Source: a virus | Taxonomy: Duplodnaviria; Caudoviricetes | IMG/VR virus record: IMGVR_UViG_3300021091_000011 | Reading direction: 5' to 3' (one strand) | DNA: 64,000 nt | Shown: positions 45,601 to 54,386 of the stretch, in pieces | Numbering within the stretch: the stretch's first letter is position 1 | Layout of the letters: every line of letters starts with the position of its first letter | Notes under the pieces: model-generated | What the model was told of the DNA's origin: nothing | Databases searched by the model: none | The model's input: the letters and a program-made list of their open reading frames with translations, nothing else | Program-made: the position numbers and the translations under genes

Positions 45601-46185
45601 ATGCGTAAGTTGAGTTCTGCTGATCGTTCGGCCCTGATCAAGTTGGCTTCCAGTCTTCCGTCTGGTTCGCCCGAGAGAAAGGCGATTCTCGCCGGACTTC
45701 AGGGTTCAAGCAAGAAGGCTTCTGGTGATGTTAACATTTCGGGTAAGCACATCACCGCTGCAGGGTACACCTACACGCCGAACGAGCTTCCGGTCTCGGA
45801 GATCAACCCCTCCAAGATCCCCAGTCGAACGGCCCGAGAGTACCAAAAGCGACTCCTCGTCGATCTCAAGAGGAAGTTCCCCTACAATGAGATCCGGCTT
45901 GACATGTTGGGGTTCATCACAGGCTCCCCCTTCACCTATATCAAGTTCAACGGTCTCGGGACCCGCCTGGACCTCGGGATGTGGTTCGACCAGAAGCCCC
46001 AGGACGTCTGGGTGCTCAGGCTCCACATTTCGTGGGGAAGCCACTACGAAAGCGGGAACTACAAGGCCATCGACATTCCTTGGGCTGGCGACCTCGACGC
46101 GATCTACGCAAAGGTCAAGAAGGCGTCAGTCACCCTCGTCGAGTTGGGGCTCTCGAAGATCGAGGAGGCCAAGGCCAGGCCATAA
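45601..46185 (+). CDS. Leader-tagged protein carrying a recently captured domain
   Basis: MRKLSSADRSALIKLASSLPSGSPERKAILAGLQGSSKKASGDVNISGKHI, then an unrelated domain with strongly C/G-ending codons. Confidence 0.8.
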   Translation: MRKLSSADRSALIKLASSLPSGSPERKAILAGLQGSSKKASGDVNISGKHITAAGYTYTPNELPVSEINPSKIPSRTAREYQKRLLVDLKRKFPYNEIRLDMLGFITGSPFTYIKFNGLGTRLDLGMWFDQKPQDVWVLRLHISWGSHYESGNYKAIDIPWAGDLDAIYAKVKKASVTLVELGLSKIEEAKARP

Positions 46186-46314
46186 CCCAGGAGTACCTGA
46201 TTGCCCTTCTACGGAATTAGAGCATGAAGCCTCATAAGGTTCCGTAGCGGATATTGGTGAAAAACCCGATTGTCGGGTCATCCAACGGAAACTCCAGAAT
46301 GGAACAGGAACACC

Positions 46315-47244
46315 GTGAAAAATAAGTCGATAGTGCTCGTTACTCTGACGCTCGCCTGCTCGCATCCGGTCGCCCGCGACGAGCCCGCGCCTCTCCTCAA
46401 CCCGTCTGCCGCGCCGCCCCCGACGCTGCGGACGCTCAAGATTACTTCCGAATGTGCGGACCCCATCTGGATTCAACAGGAGAACCACGCGGGTGCTCCT
46501 GCGCTCACGAAACTGACCAAGGGCACGTCAACTTCATTTAGTATCCCCGACGAAGGCTTGCCGTCTACGCGCTACTGGGCAAAGACGGGCTGCGACGCCA
46601 CCGGAAATAGCTGCGCGGTTGGACAGTCCTCGCCGCCTTGCCCCGCTGCTGGATGCGCTCCTCCGGTGGACAGCAAGTTGGAGGCAACGTGGGGCTGCAC
46701 GCTGCCAGAGGCGCAAAAGGAGCAATGCGCCAAGACGGATCAAGGACCACACGTCAAGAATACATGGTGGAACGCGAGTGCCGTTGACGGCTTCACGCTG
46801 CCCTTCCTCGTTGCGGTCAGCGGCGCATCCTCAGACGCCTGTGCGCCTGTCAACTGCGCCATGCTGGACCAGAACAAGTGTCCCGCGTCGGAATCCCTGC
46901 CGCCCGCCTACCCAGGTGGGGTGGATCTGCGTGTGCAGGGCGGTGCGGGGTGCTTCTCGCCATGCACGGCGCTCACCTATCCCGGCTTTGGCGGTAAAGG
47001 CATCCAACCGCCGAGCGACCCTCGCGCTGCCGCGTACTGCTGCCCGACGCCGCCTGTGTCGCCCGCACAATGCTCTAGTGGCCCTGCGGCGACGACGAAA
47101 TACGTCGAGGCTATCCACAAAATGTGCGCGGACACGACCTACGGCTATGCCTATGACGACGCGCTAGGTCTGCGTCAATGCGACCCAACAGTTGAACTTC
47201 AGCTTATTTTCTGTCCCGGTATTCCGGCAGTAGCGACGCCGTGA
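46315..47244 (+). CDS. Thaumatin-like (GH64-TLP superfamily) lipoprotein
   Basis: GTG start MKNKSIVLVTLTLA-C (lipobox-like); YWAKTGC, PPVDSKLEAT, WNASAVDGFTLP, GCFSPC, YCCP, YGYAYDD; many Cys. Confidence 0.78.
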   Translation: MKNKSIVLVTLTLACSHPVARDEPAPLLNPSAAPPPTLRTLKITSECADPIWIQQENHAGAPALTKLTKGTSTSFSIPDEGLPSTRYWAKTGCDATGNSCAVGQSSPPCPAAGCAPPVDSKLEATWGCTLPEAQKEQCAKTDQGPHVKNTWWNASAVDGFTLPFLVAVSGASSDACAPVNCAMLDQNKCPASESLPPAYPGGVDLRVQGGAGCFSPCTALTYPGFGGKGIQPPSDPRAAAYCCPTPPVSPAQCSSGPAATTKYVEAIHKMCADTTYGYAYDDALGLRQCDPTVELQLIFCPGIPAVATP

Positions 47245-47393
47245 TGCGCGGCGACGCCGAGGTGTCCGGCAAAGCCAAATGCTTCGGCAACGCCCGCATC
47301 GGTGGCACGGCTATTATCCTCGGTGGCGAATGGAACGGAAGCGAGGGTGAGGTCACTTCAGGTACTTGGCTGGCTCCGGGCGTTCCGGGCTGA
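47244..47393 (+). pseudogene. 3' remnant of a hexapeptide-repeat gene
   Basis: MRGDAEVSGKAKCFGNARIGGTAIILGGEWNGSEGEVTSGTWLAPGVPG is near-identical to the last ~49 aa of the 60738-62105 protein. Confidence 0.85.
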
Positions 47394-47435
47394 TTCCCTA
47401 GTTTTGACGACGCCTAACAAGAAGGTTTGACCCCC

Positions 47436-47978
47436 ATGCGTAAGTTGAGTTCAAGCGACCGTTCGGCCCTGATTCGGCTTGCTTATGCCCGACCTGATCT
47501 TCGTCCCGCTCTTCTGCCCCTCTTGAAGAAGGCGAGTAACTTCCCCCGCGTCGTGAAGGAAGTCGAAGAGGACTACAAGCGCAAGGCAATAACGGTCAGA
47601 GAAAAGAACGAACTACTCGCCGCCATTGAGGACGCGGAGACTGAAGAACAAGCCATGGGGTTAGTAAGGAACCACCGTAAGGGGCGTGTTGCAAAAGAGG
47701 CTTCCGCATCCCCGTCTAACCCGCGCATCGTGCGGTTGCGCGATGGGAAGTTCGGCATCGAGTTCCACACCAACCGAGGCGTGTTCGTCTGGACGCAGAA
47801 CAAGAGTTTCACCCACTCATTCAAACTCGACCGCGAAGATGACCGAGATCGTTCTCCTTTGACTTACGATTCACCTACTGCGGCGCAATCGGGTATGAAA
47901 GAGGCTCTTTACGAAATCTATCGTTACCGACCAGGTGATGAAGACTTCGTGCGTGGGCACGAACCCGTGAAAGTTTAG
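47436..47978 (+). CDS. Leader-variant-tagged two-domain protein
   Basis: MRKLSSSDRSALIRLAYARPDLRPALLPLLKKAS; internal linker RKGRVAKEASAS. Confidence 0.75.
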   Translation: MRKLSSSDRSALIRLAYARPDLRPALLPLLKKASNFPRVVKEVEEDYKRKAITVREKNELLAAIEDAETEEQAMGLVRNHRKGRVAKEASASPSNPRIVRLRDGKFGIEFHTNRGVFVWTQNKSFTHSFKLDREDDRDRSPLTYDSPTAAQSGMKEALYEIYRYRPGDEDFVRGHEPVKV

Positions 47979-47997
47979 GGGTCTACGCCTGATTCTT

Positions 47998-48420
47998 TCA
48001 GTATAAGTCGTCAGGCTCCGGCGTGACCGGAAATCTGACGACCCAAATCCATTCGACGCCGATGTAGGCCGAGCGCGTCAAACGATGCATTCCGTCCATC
48101 ACGTCGCCCTCTGCCGATAGTATGATCGGACAGAGCAAGTCCGCATCGGCCACTCTCTTCAAGTGGCCGATGAACGTATTGAGCGTGATCTCATGCTCCC
48201 AATGCCAATTGTCTAACTCCCTAGCGAAGTAGCCGAGCGGCATCTTGTACGGCGTCAGGTCTTTCGCTAGACGCCATAGGCGTTCCACGCGCCACGTCTT
48301 ACCGCCGCTAGAGTAAGTATGCTGATTTATCGCTTCATCAAATTGCGGCTCGATGGTGAGGCTTTTACTTTTGGCCTTATCAAGTTTGGCCTTTCCCCGT
48401 TTATTACGACGTGCGGACAT
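47998..48420 (-). CDS. ParB/Srx-like domain protein
   Basis: KRVADADLLCPIILSAEGDVMDGMHRL; the start is uncertain because of overlap with the next ORF. Confidence 0.7.
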   Translation of the reverse strand: MSARRNKRGKAKLDKAKSKSLTIEPQFDEAINQHTYSSGGKTWRVERLWRLAKDLTPYKMPLGYFARELDNWHWEHEITLNTFIGHLKRVADADLLCPIILSAEGDVMDGMHRLTRSAYIGVEWIWVVRFPVTPEPDDLY

Positions 48421-48620
48421 TTCAGGCACTTCCCTTCGTCCATCTGCAATAGCCCGCAGGCACGATGCCAATAGCAAAGCCGCTCGAAATCAGGGCCGCT
48501 TACTTTACCCCGCGAATCTTGCGGGTCAGGACCATAGACCTTTGCGTGAATCGGAGGCCACAAATCCCCGTTCGCACAAGTTATATCCGCACGATTAGCA
48601 TCCGGTTTCATTCGCTTCAC
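48327..48620 (-). CDS. Small Cys-containing hypothetical protein
   Basis: GTG start next to the polA stop; LCYWHRACG...KCLKCPHVV; overlaps the ParB-like ORF by about 90 nt. Confidence 0.45.
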   Translation of the reverse strand: MKRMKPDANRADITCANGDLWPPIHAKVYGPDPQDSRGKVSGPDFERLCYWHRACGLLQMDEGKCLKCPHVVINGERPNLIRPKVKASPSSRNLMKR

Positions 48621-48621
48621 G

Positions 48622-51600
48622 TCACAACCCCTCGTATCCCGCGATGATCTTAAACTCAGCGAATGACGCCTTGAAAGCAAACCCGAGCAAATCGGACCCA
48701 TGATCGGTCTCAATCACGATTTCGTCTTTGCCCCGATTCATGCACTTCGCCACCACCCGCGCCATGATTTCGGCAAGTTCCGGTGTCAGCCTATGCGCCG
48801 GAATCGTGTAGACGTGCCGCGATTGCGAAGATATGGGCATCACAAAATCAGGCGTGCTCTCAATCGGCGCGGCAACAGGGACCGCTTCGGCCACGGACTT
48901 TGCTTCGCCCACGCCGCCGTTCGCCAGATACTCAGCATAGAACTTCGGGAATACCCGCTGCCAACGCTCGGACCAAACTTCAGGCTTTGTCTCGCGCGGA
49001 TTCGTCATCGCTACGAGATTAAACGGCACCGTCCAATCATCGCCAAACTCGATGTCGTTCTTCAGCGGGATGATCCACCCGAGGTTTTTCACCGTGCGAA
49101 CCGTCATCAACTCATTGATCGTCACTACTGCTTCTTCGGCCAAGTCCTCATCGATCTCGAACACGAGTTCGTCGTGAATCGTCACACACATTCTAGCCTT
49201 ATCCAACCACCCGCGCTCTTTGCACTCGCGGTAAATAAGGCCCATCGCAAACTTCATAATGTCTGCGGAACTTCCTTGAACAGGGCCATTGACTGAGTTT
49301 CTTTCGGCCTTGGATCGGAACCCGCCGTCCGTGTGGTCAATGTCGGGCAATGGGTATTTACGGCCATAGGCCGTCGTGACGTACTTTTGCTTGCGCGCGG
49401 TCTTGTGCTGCTCTTCCCACCACTTCGCCAAGCCACGGTAGGACTTGTCAAACTGCCGCTTAATACGCCAGCCTTCTTCTTTGTCTACGCCAACCGAACG
49501 CTGCGCCGCAGACCCACCCCCGCCGTAACACATAGCGAAGTTGAGGCTATTATGAACTGCAAGCCCATTCGCCGCGTAGAGGTGATCTTCGGAGTCGATA
49601 TGCAGGTCTAGGCAAAGGGAATCGCCTGCCGGAACGATCAGCAAGACTTCATTCCCCAAGCGGTCATAGGCTTTGCTCGTGCCACTAATGCGCGCGATTT
49701 TGCCCGGATGCCGCATATAAGGTGCGATAAGCGCACCATCACGCCGCTTGAATCCGACTTTCACATACCATCTGGAATACTTCTTGTTCCACGACGTTGT
49801 GATTGTCGCCTCGCCGCCAATAGCACGAATGATCTCCGCGATCTGCCCCGCGAAAACAAAGTCCTTCGTGCAAATGTTAATGTCACCGCCTGATGACACG
49901 GAGCCGTCAGTATCAATCAAGCCGCCAAGATAGTGCGCCATAGCCGACCTGCCGCCTTGAAGAATCCAACGCGGCACTCGAAGCGTTCTTTTCGTCGACG
50001 GGCTACCGTCAACTAACCCGAGCGTCTGCATCCATCGAAGCACATGGCGGCTGCCTAGATAGACGTTCTTTTTTCTGGCGATTGGCTCTAACCCAACGTC
50101 CCGACACGCGGCCATGATGATTTCTTGCCACTCGGAGTAGCGGACCCCCAACGCATCCGTTTTCTCGACGGACCCATGCGTAATCGTGGCGCACGCCGTA
50201 CTAGAAGCACCATCCCCCGCGTGCAAGCCGCTGAAATAAGCCGTCGCCATTGTCGGCGTGTAGGCCATCTCAGGAACTCCTGCGAAAGCCTTGTGACTTA
50301 GTGTCTTCGGTTCTTGTTCATCGGCGGCAAGAAACACCGGAGCATGAAGCGTGTCGCCTGCTTTTAGACCTTCACGCAGAGATTTTTGCGTGCCGTCTGC
50401 CAACACGAACTTGTGCTCTTCAGAGCACGTCAAAACCCCTCTTCGGCTGACGACGTGGTAAAGGGGTTTGATGCCGCCGTTGTACGTCTCAAGTATTGGC
50501 GCAAAACCACCCTTCGGTGTAAGCACCTTTCCGGAATGCGGCTTGAATTCGTCCACACCACCAAAAGCGAGGTCACCGATGCGGGTGTACCCGCTATCCA
50601 TTCGGATCAGCGTGTCCGGATGCACGCACTTCGAGTTTTGGCGTTTTAGCTTGAAGTCGCTCTTTGACGGCGCATCTTCGCCGTAAATCGCCAATGCGGT
50701 CAGCGTGTGCAAGTCACCGATCTTGTCTGACCAACAAGACGGGCAGAAATGCGGAGGGCACGAACCCTTCTCAAAGCGGTGCTCACAACCCGAGCATCGG
50801 AAAAACTCATCAACCCACTTCGGCTCGCCCGAAAGATTCGTGACGATACGAAGCTCCACGCCCGAGTAGTCGATGGCGAACAGGATTTTGCCCGCCGTCG
50901 CTTTCACGCTCGTTCGCATCTTACGAACGCACTCAGGCTTAGACTTGTCATACGTCGCCGGAATCGAGTGTAGATTCCACCGCGATTGGCCCGTGAAATC
51001 CCCTGATTCAGAAGCGGGAGTTGAAAACCGCCCCGTGTCCGTCTTGGTAGCGTTGAACCCAACCCACAATCGACCGTCGGGGCTATTTCCAGGTGCTAGG
51101 TCATGGTAGACCGGAAACAGGTTAGACGAAAGCCCCTTTGCCACTTCACGGAACCGCTTGATTTTGGGCGCAAAGGGCAAGTCGTCGCCCATATCCTCGA
51201 AGATACGATTAATCTCATCCTTGCTCGTCTTGACCTGACCTGACTTTTCAGTCACGGTCAGCCCCTCGACGCCGAGTTCACGAAGCAAAAGCCCGAGTTC
51301 AGTCGGGATCGTCACGTCGTAGGTATTCGGAAACTGCACCGTCTCGCGCACTTTGGCGTCGGTGAGTGAAGGCACCGACTTCGGCACTTTCACGTCGGGG
51401 TCAGGCCCAAGGTCTTTAATGACCTGCTCCCGATGCTCCATGTACGACGGCTCCATGCAATCGGCATCGAATGGCGTATTGATTCGATGATGCTGCCCCT
51501 GCATGGACTTGAACCAACCGGGCCGCACATCGCGCCCCAAGATGGTTTCAATGCCCGCGTAAAGTTCAGCCAACGAGTCAAACCATTCGCGTTGGCCGAG

Positions 51601-52425
51601 CTTGATCAACTTGATAATCGTCGCGCGGTCCATTGGTACACGGCATCGCTCCATCCACCGTGTCGCCGTGACGCAAAGTTTCTCGATCTTGTAAACCGTC
51701 GCTTGGCTTTTACCGAAGGCGTCTTTTTGCGTCACTTCGGGATTCAGCTTGTGATAGAGCGCGAGAGTGTTAAGCGAGTCAGCCGCCGCATACCAGACGG
51801 TCGGCTCCCACTTTGGGTCGAGCGTCGAAAAGTCGAAACGCTTGGTCCCTGTGGGGAACAACTCGTTCAACTCAATCATTTCGCGCTCAAGCAACGTCTT
51901 AGCCAAATGCTTTAGACCGCGCCGCTTTTCACGCGCGTCCCGCAAATAGGCCAGCAGAATCGTGTCCTCCCACTTGGAGGGATCATCCCAACAGCCCATC
52001 GCGCCCGCGATATCGTGCTCTAAGAACTCTTGGTCGAACTTGCCGTTGTGAAACACCGTCACCGCACCGGACGCCTGAATCTTTAGGAGCAGGTCCCGCA
52101 CTAAACGCGGCGGGATATTAGCAGCGGCCCCGTCGTCTTTGTGGCGAATCGGCAAGTAATACGATTGCTTCTCATTCGGCGCGATGCAAACGCCAACAAT
52201 CTTGTCGTTGGTCACTTTAGAGCCATCTGGCTGCGTGAAAACACGCGCATCAAGGCCCGTTGTCTCAATGTCGAGCGCGTAGATTTTAGATTCGATGCAC
52301 TCGTCGGCGATGCGGTCTAAATCGGCCACGGTTGCCAGCGTTAGCGTGACGGTTTCCATCCACGGCTTTTTGCTCACCGTGGGGCGATTCAGGTCTTGCA
52401 GTTGGTCGAAGAAATCCATGCCCAC
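48622..52425 (-). CDS. polA: Family A DNA polymerase with 3'-5' exonuclease and an intein
   Basis: Exo I ALDIETTGL, Exo II FHNGKFD, Exo III YAAAD; motif A AIDYSGVELRIV; motif B KRQNSK|SLNFAMCYG; motif C IHDELVFE. Confidence 0.95.
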   Translation of the reverse strand: MGMDFFDQLQDLNRPTVSKKPWMETVTLTLATVADLDRIADECIESKIYALDIETTGLDARVFTQPDGSKVTNDKIVGVCIAPNEKQSYYLPIRHKDDGAAANIPPRLVRDLLLKIQASGAVTVFHNGKFDQEFLEHDIAGAMGCWDDPSKWEDTILLAYLRDAREKRRGLKHLAKTLLEREMIELNELFPTGTKRFDFSTLDPKWEPTVWYAAADSLNTLALYHKLNPEVTQKDAFGKSQATVYKIEKLCVTATRWMERCRVPMDRATIIKLIKLGQREWFDSLAELYAGIETILGRDVRPGWFKSMQGQHHRINTPFDADCMEPSYMEHREQVIKDLGPDPDVKVPKSVPSLTDAKVRETVQFPNTYDVTIPTELGLLLRELGVEGLTVTEKSGQVKTSKDEINRIFEDMGDDLPFAPKIKRFREVAKGLSSNLFPVYHDLAPGNSPDGRLWVGFNATKTDTGRFSTPASESGDFTGQSRWNLHSIPATYDKSKPECVRKMRTSVKATAGKILFAIDYSGVELRIVTNLSGEPKWVDEFFRCSGCEHRFEKGSCPPHFCPSCWSDKIGDLHTLTALAIYGEDAPSKSDFKLKRQNSKCVHPDTLIRMDSGYTRIGDLAFGGVDEFKPHSGKVLTPKGGFAPILETYNGGIKPLYHVVSRRGVLTCSEEHKFVLADGTQKSLREGLKAGDTLHAPVFLAADEQEPKTLSHKAFAGVPEMAYTPTMATAYFSGLHAGDGASSTACATITHGSVEKTDALGVRYSEWQEIIMAACRDVGLEPIARKKNVYLGSRHVLRWMQTLGLVDGSPSTKRTLRVPRWILQGGRSAMAHYLGGLIDTDGSVSSGGDINICTKDFVFAGQIAEIIRAIGGEATITTSWNKKYSRWYVKVGFKRRDGALIAPYMRHPGKIARISGTSKAYDRLGNEVLLIVPAGDSLCLDLHIDSEDHLYAANGLAVHNSLNFAMCYGGGGSAAQRSVGVDKEEGWRIKRQFDKSYRGLAKWWEEQHKTARKQKYVTTAYGRKYPLPDIDHTDGGFRSKAERNSVNGPVQGSSADIMKFAMGLIYRECKERGWLDKARMCVTIHDELVFEIDEDLAEEAVVTINELMTVRTVKNLGWIIPLKNDIEFGDDWTVPFNLVAMTNPRETKPEVWSERWQRVFPKFYAEYLANGGVGEAKSVAEAVPVAAPIESTPDFVMPISSQSRHVYTIPAHRLTPELAEIMARVVAKCMNRGKDEIVIETDHGSDLLGFAFKASFAEFKIIAGYEGL
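49549..50628 (-). mobile_element. Intein (360 aa) with a LAGLIDADG endonuclease in polymerase motif B
   Basis: Starts CVHPDTL; block B TCSEEH; YFSGLHAGDG and YLGGLIDTDG; ends AVHN followed by Ser. Confidence 0.93.
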
Positions 52426-52466
52426 TATACGCCGTCGGTAAAGCGTCTATCCCCACGCGGTAGCGT

Positions 52467-54350
52467 ATGCGCGTCGCAAGTAAAAATCAGCCCACGGACC
52501 CTGACCTGTGGGAGAAATCTAAAGCCAAGGCTAAGTCACGCTATAAAATCTGGCCGTCGGCGTATGCCGTAGGGCACGCGCTGAAAATCTACAAAGACGA
52601 AGGCGGCGGCTGGAAGAAGGCCAAGACCGCAGAGCGCGAATTCATAGCTTCCCGCGATTTCATGGCCCGTGGCAAAGCCAAAAAGGACGTCGGACACGGC
52701 GGGCTAGACGAGTGGTTTAGCGGTCACGGTGGCGACGAAGGCGAAGCGACTTGGGGCGATTGGGTGGCGATCAGCCCCATTAAGAAAACGCTAGAGTCCG
52801 GCAAGAAGGTCGTGCCGGGCGATATCGTCGGACCGTGCGGCGTATCGAAAGACCCCGATTGGTCTGAAGTCACGAACAAGGGCAAAGACCCCTTGAAGTG
52901 TATGCCGCGTCAAAAAGCACACGATATGAAAAAGTCCGAACGTGCTGAGTTAGCCAAGGCCAAGCAGAAAGCTGAGAGAAAAGACTCGAACAAAGGCAAA
53001 GCGCCCACGAATACGCCGACGTTCGAGAAATCATCAGCCGCCCGAGTCGCTAGTCGCTATCTTCAAGCCGCGCTTATCGGCGACCCTAAGCAGTTGCTCG
53101 CGGCTTACGAAAGCCGGATGGATTATCAAGAGCGCGAAGCCGAACGCGCGCAGGTAATACAAAACTACATCGAATCGCACATCGAAAAGCGTGAGTCTGA
53201 ACTTGTCAGCAATCTCAACGAACTTTCGTTTAACAGGGCATTGGTTCAGTATCAAGAACCAAACCTGCTAACTACGCTAAGTGGTGTGTGGGTGCGGCGC
53301 GAATCAGGGTCCAGCCTTAAAATTCAAGCCCTAATGTTGGGCCGTTCGTATGAATCAGGTTTCTTATATCTGCGTGAACACGCGCAACCGTTATTTTTGG
53401 CGATCTTGCAGCAGTTGTCTTTGCCCGCAAACCTGACGAAGAAAGTCCAAGCGGCATCGAAGTATTGGACGAAGTCGCGGCTCAACGCGCCCCGCCGTGA
53501 TAAGCGCCCTTGGGCTTCCGCGTTTCGCGGTATCGAATACCCCGATGCGTATTTGGCGCAGATGAGCGTGTGGCGTGAGCACATGGCTCTCGCCCGAGAA
53601 TGCCTCGCAAAAGGCGTCCCCCACGGCGAAGGCACCAAATCCAAGGTGCAAGCAGGCCCCTTCACGCTCGTCAACACGGGTTCGTTCTCCGATGAGGTCA
53701 TGGAGAACGTCAAGCAGGCCGTGTTGAAGTCTGCTAATGCGCTAACGAAGATCGGCTTGGGCAAAGTCTGCTACGGCGACATTCTGGTATCGAAGCAGAT
53801 CAAGTCCCGAAGCAACGTACTCGCGTTTTACTTGATCAACAGCGACGAAATGTTCGTTCGCGCGGACGCCAAAGCCACGCACGACATCGTGCAGACGATT
53901 TGCCACGAACTCGCGCACCGCCTTGAACACAAGTTCATGGGAAGCCCGAATCGTGATATCAACAGCCTTTACAACACCATCGCACGCTCCGACGCACAAG
54001 TTGTTGCCGTGTCCGGTTGGCCCGAAATCGGGCGTCGGATCACATACAAAAAACTCGACCTGATCGTGACGAAAGTAGATAAGGTCGGAAACAAAATCAC
54101 GTTCGAGCAGCCTCACGAGCCCGGCTTAACTAAGCGCCGTGTTTATTCCGCGCCGCTCGAATGGTGGGTTGAAAACATAGACGTTGGCGGGAAGATCGAG
54201 CGTAGTCCTGATTTCAAGGGCTTTATCACGCCCTATGCGAAAAAGGGCGGTCCTGGCGAAAACTTCGCCGAGATGGTGGCGTACTATGCGCTTGGCGAGT
54301 TGCCCGCTCCACTCGTCGCCTTGCTCAAGCCCGTCCTCGCCGCAAAGTAA
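52467..54350 (+). CDS. Multidomain protein: DUF5872-like modules, RVASRYLQA linker, C-terminal zincin metallopeptidase
   Basis: LWEKSKAKAKSRYKIWPSAYAVG; GLDEWF...WV...CG...LKCMP; SSAARVASRYLQAA; ICHELAHRLE (HExxH) and YAKKGGPGENFAE. Confidence 0.7.
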   Translation: MRVASKNQPTDPDLWEKSKAKAKSRYKIWPSAYAVGHALKIYKDEGGGWKKAKTAEREFIASRDFMARGKAKKDVGHGGLDEWFSGHGGDEGEATWGDWVAISPIKKTLESGKKVVPGDIVGPCGVSKDPDWSEVTNKGKDPLKCMPRQKAHDMKKSERAELAKAKQKAERKDSNKGKAPTNTPTFEKSSAARVASRYLQAALIGDPKQLLAAYESRMDYQEREAERAQVIQNYIESHIEKRESELVSNLNELSFNRALVQYQEPNLLTTLSGVWVRRESGSSLKIQALMLGRSYESGFLYLREHAQPLFLAILQQLSLPANLTKKVQAASKYWTKSRLNAPRRDKRPWASAFRGIEYPDAYLAQMSVWREHMALARECLAKGVPHGEGTKSKVQAGPFTLVNTGSFSDEVMENVKQAVLKSANALTKIGLGKVCYGDILVSKQIKSRSNVLAFYLINSDEMFVRADAKATHDIVQTICHELAHRLEHKFMGSPNRDINSLYNTIARSDAQVVAVSGWPEIGRRITYKKLDLIVTKVDKVGNKITFEQPHEPGLTKRRVYSAPLEWWVENIDVGGKIERSPDFKGFITPYAKKGGPGENFAEMVAYYALGELPAPLVALLKPVLAAK

Positions 54351-54386
54351 ACGCGGGGGCGCATTCATAGCCTGATGGCGTAGACC

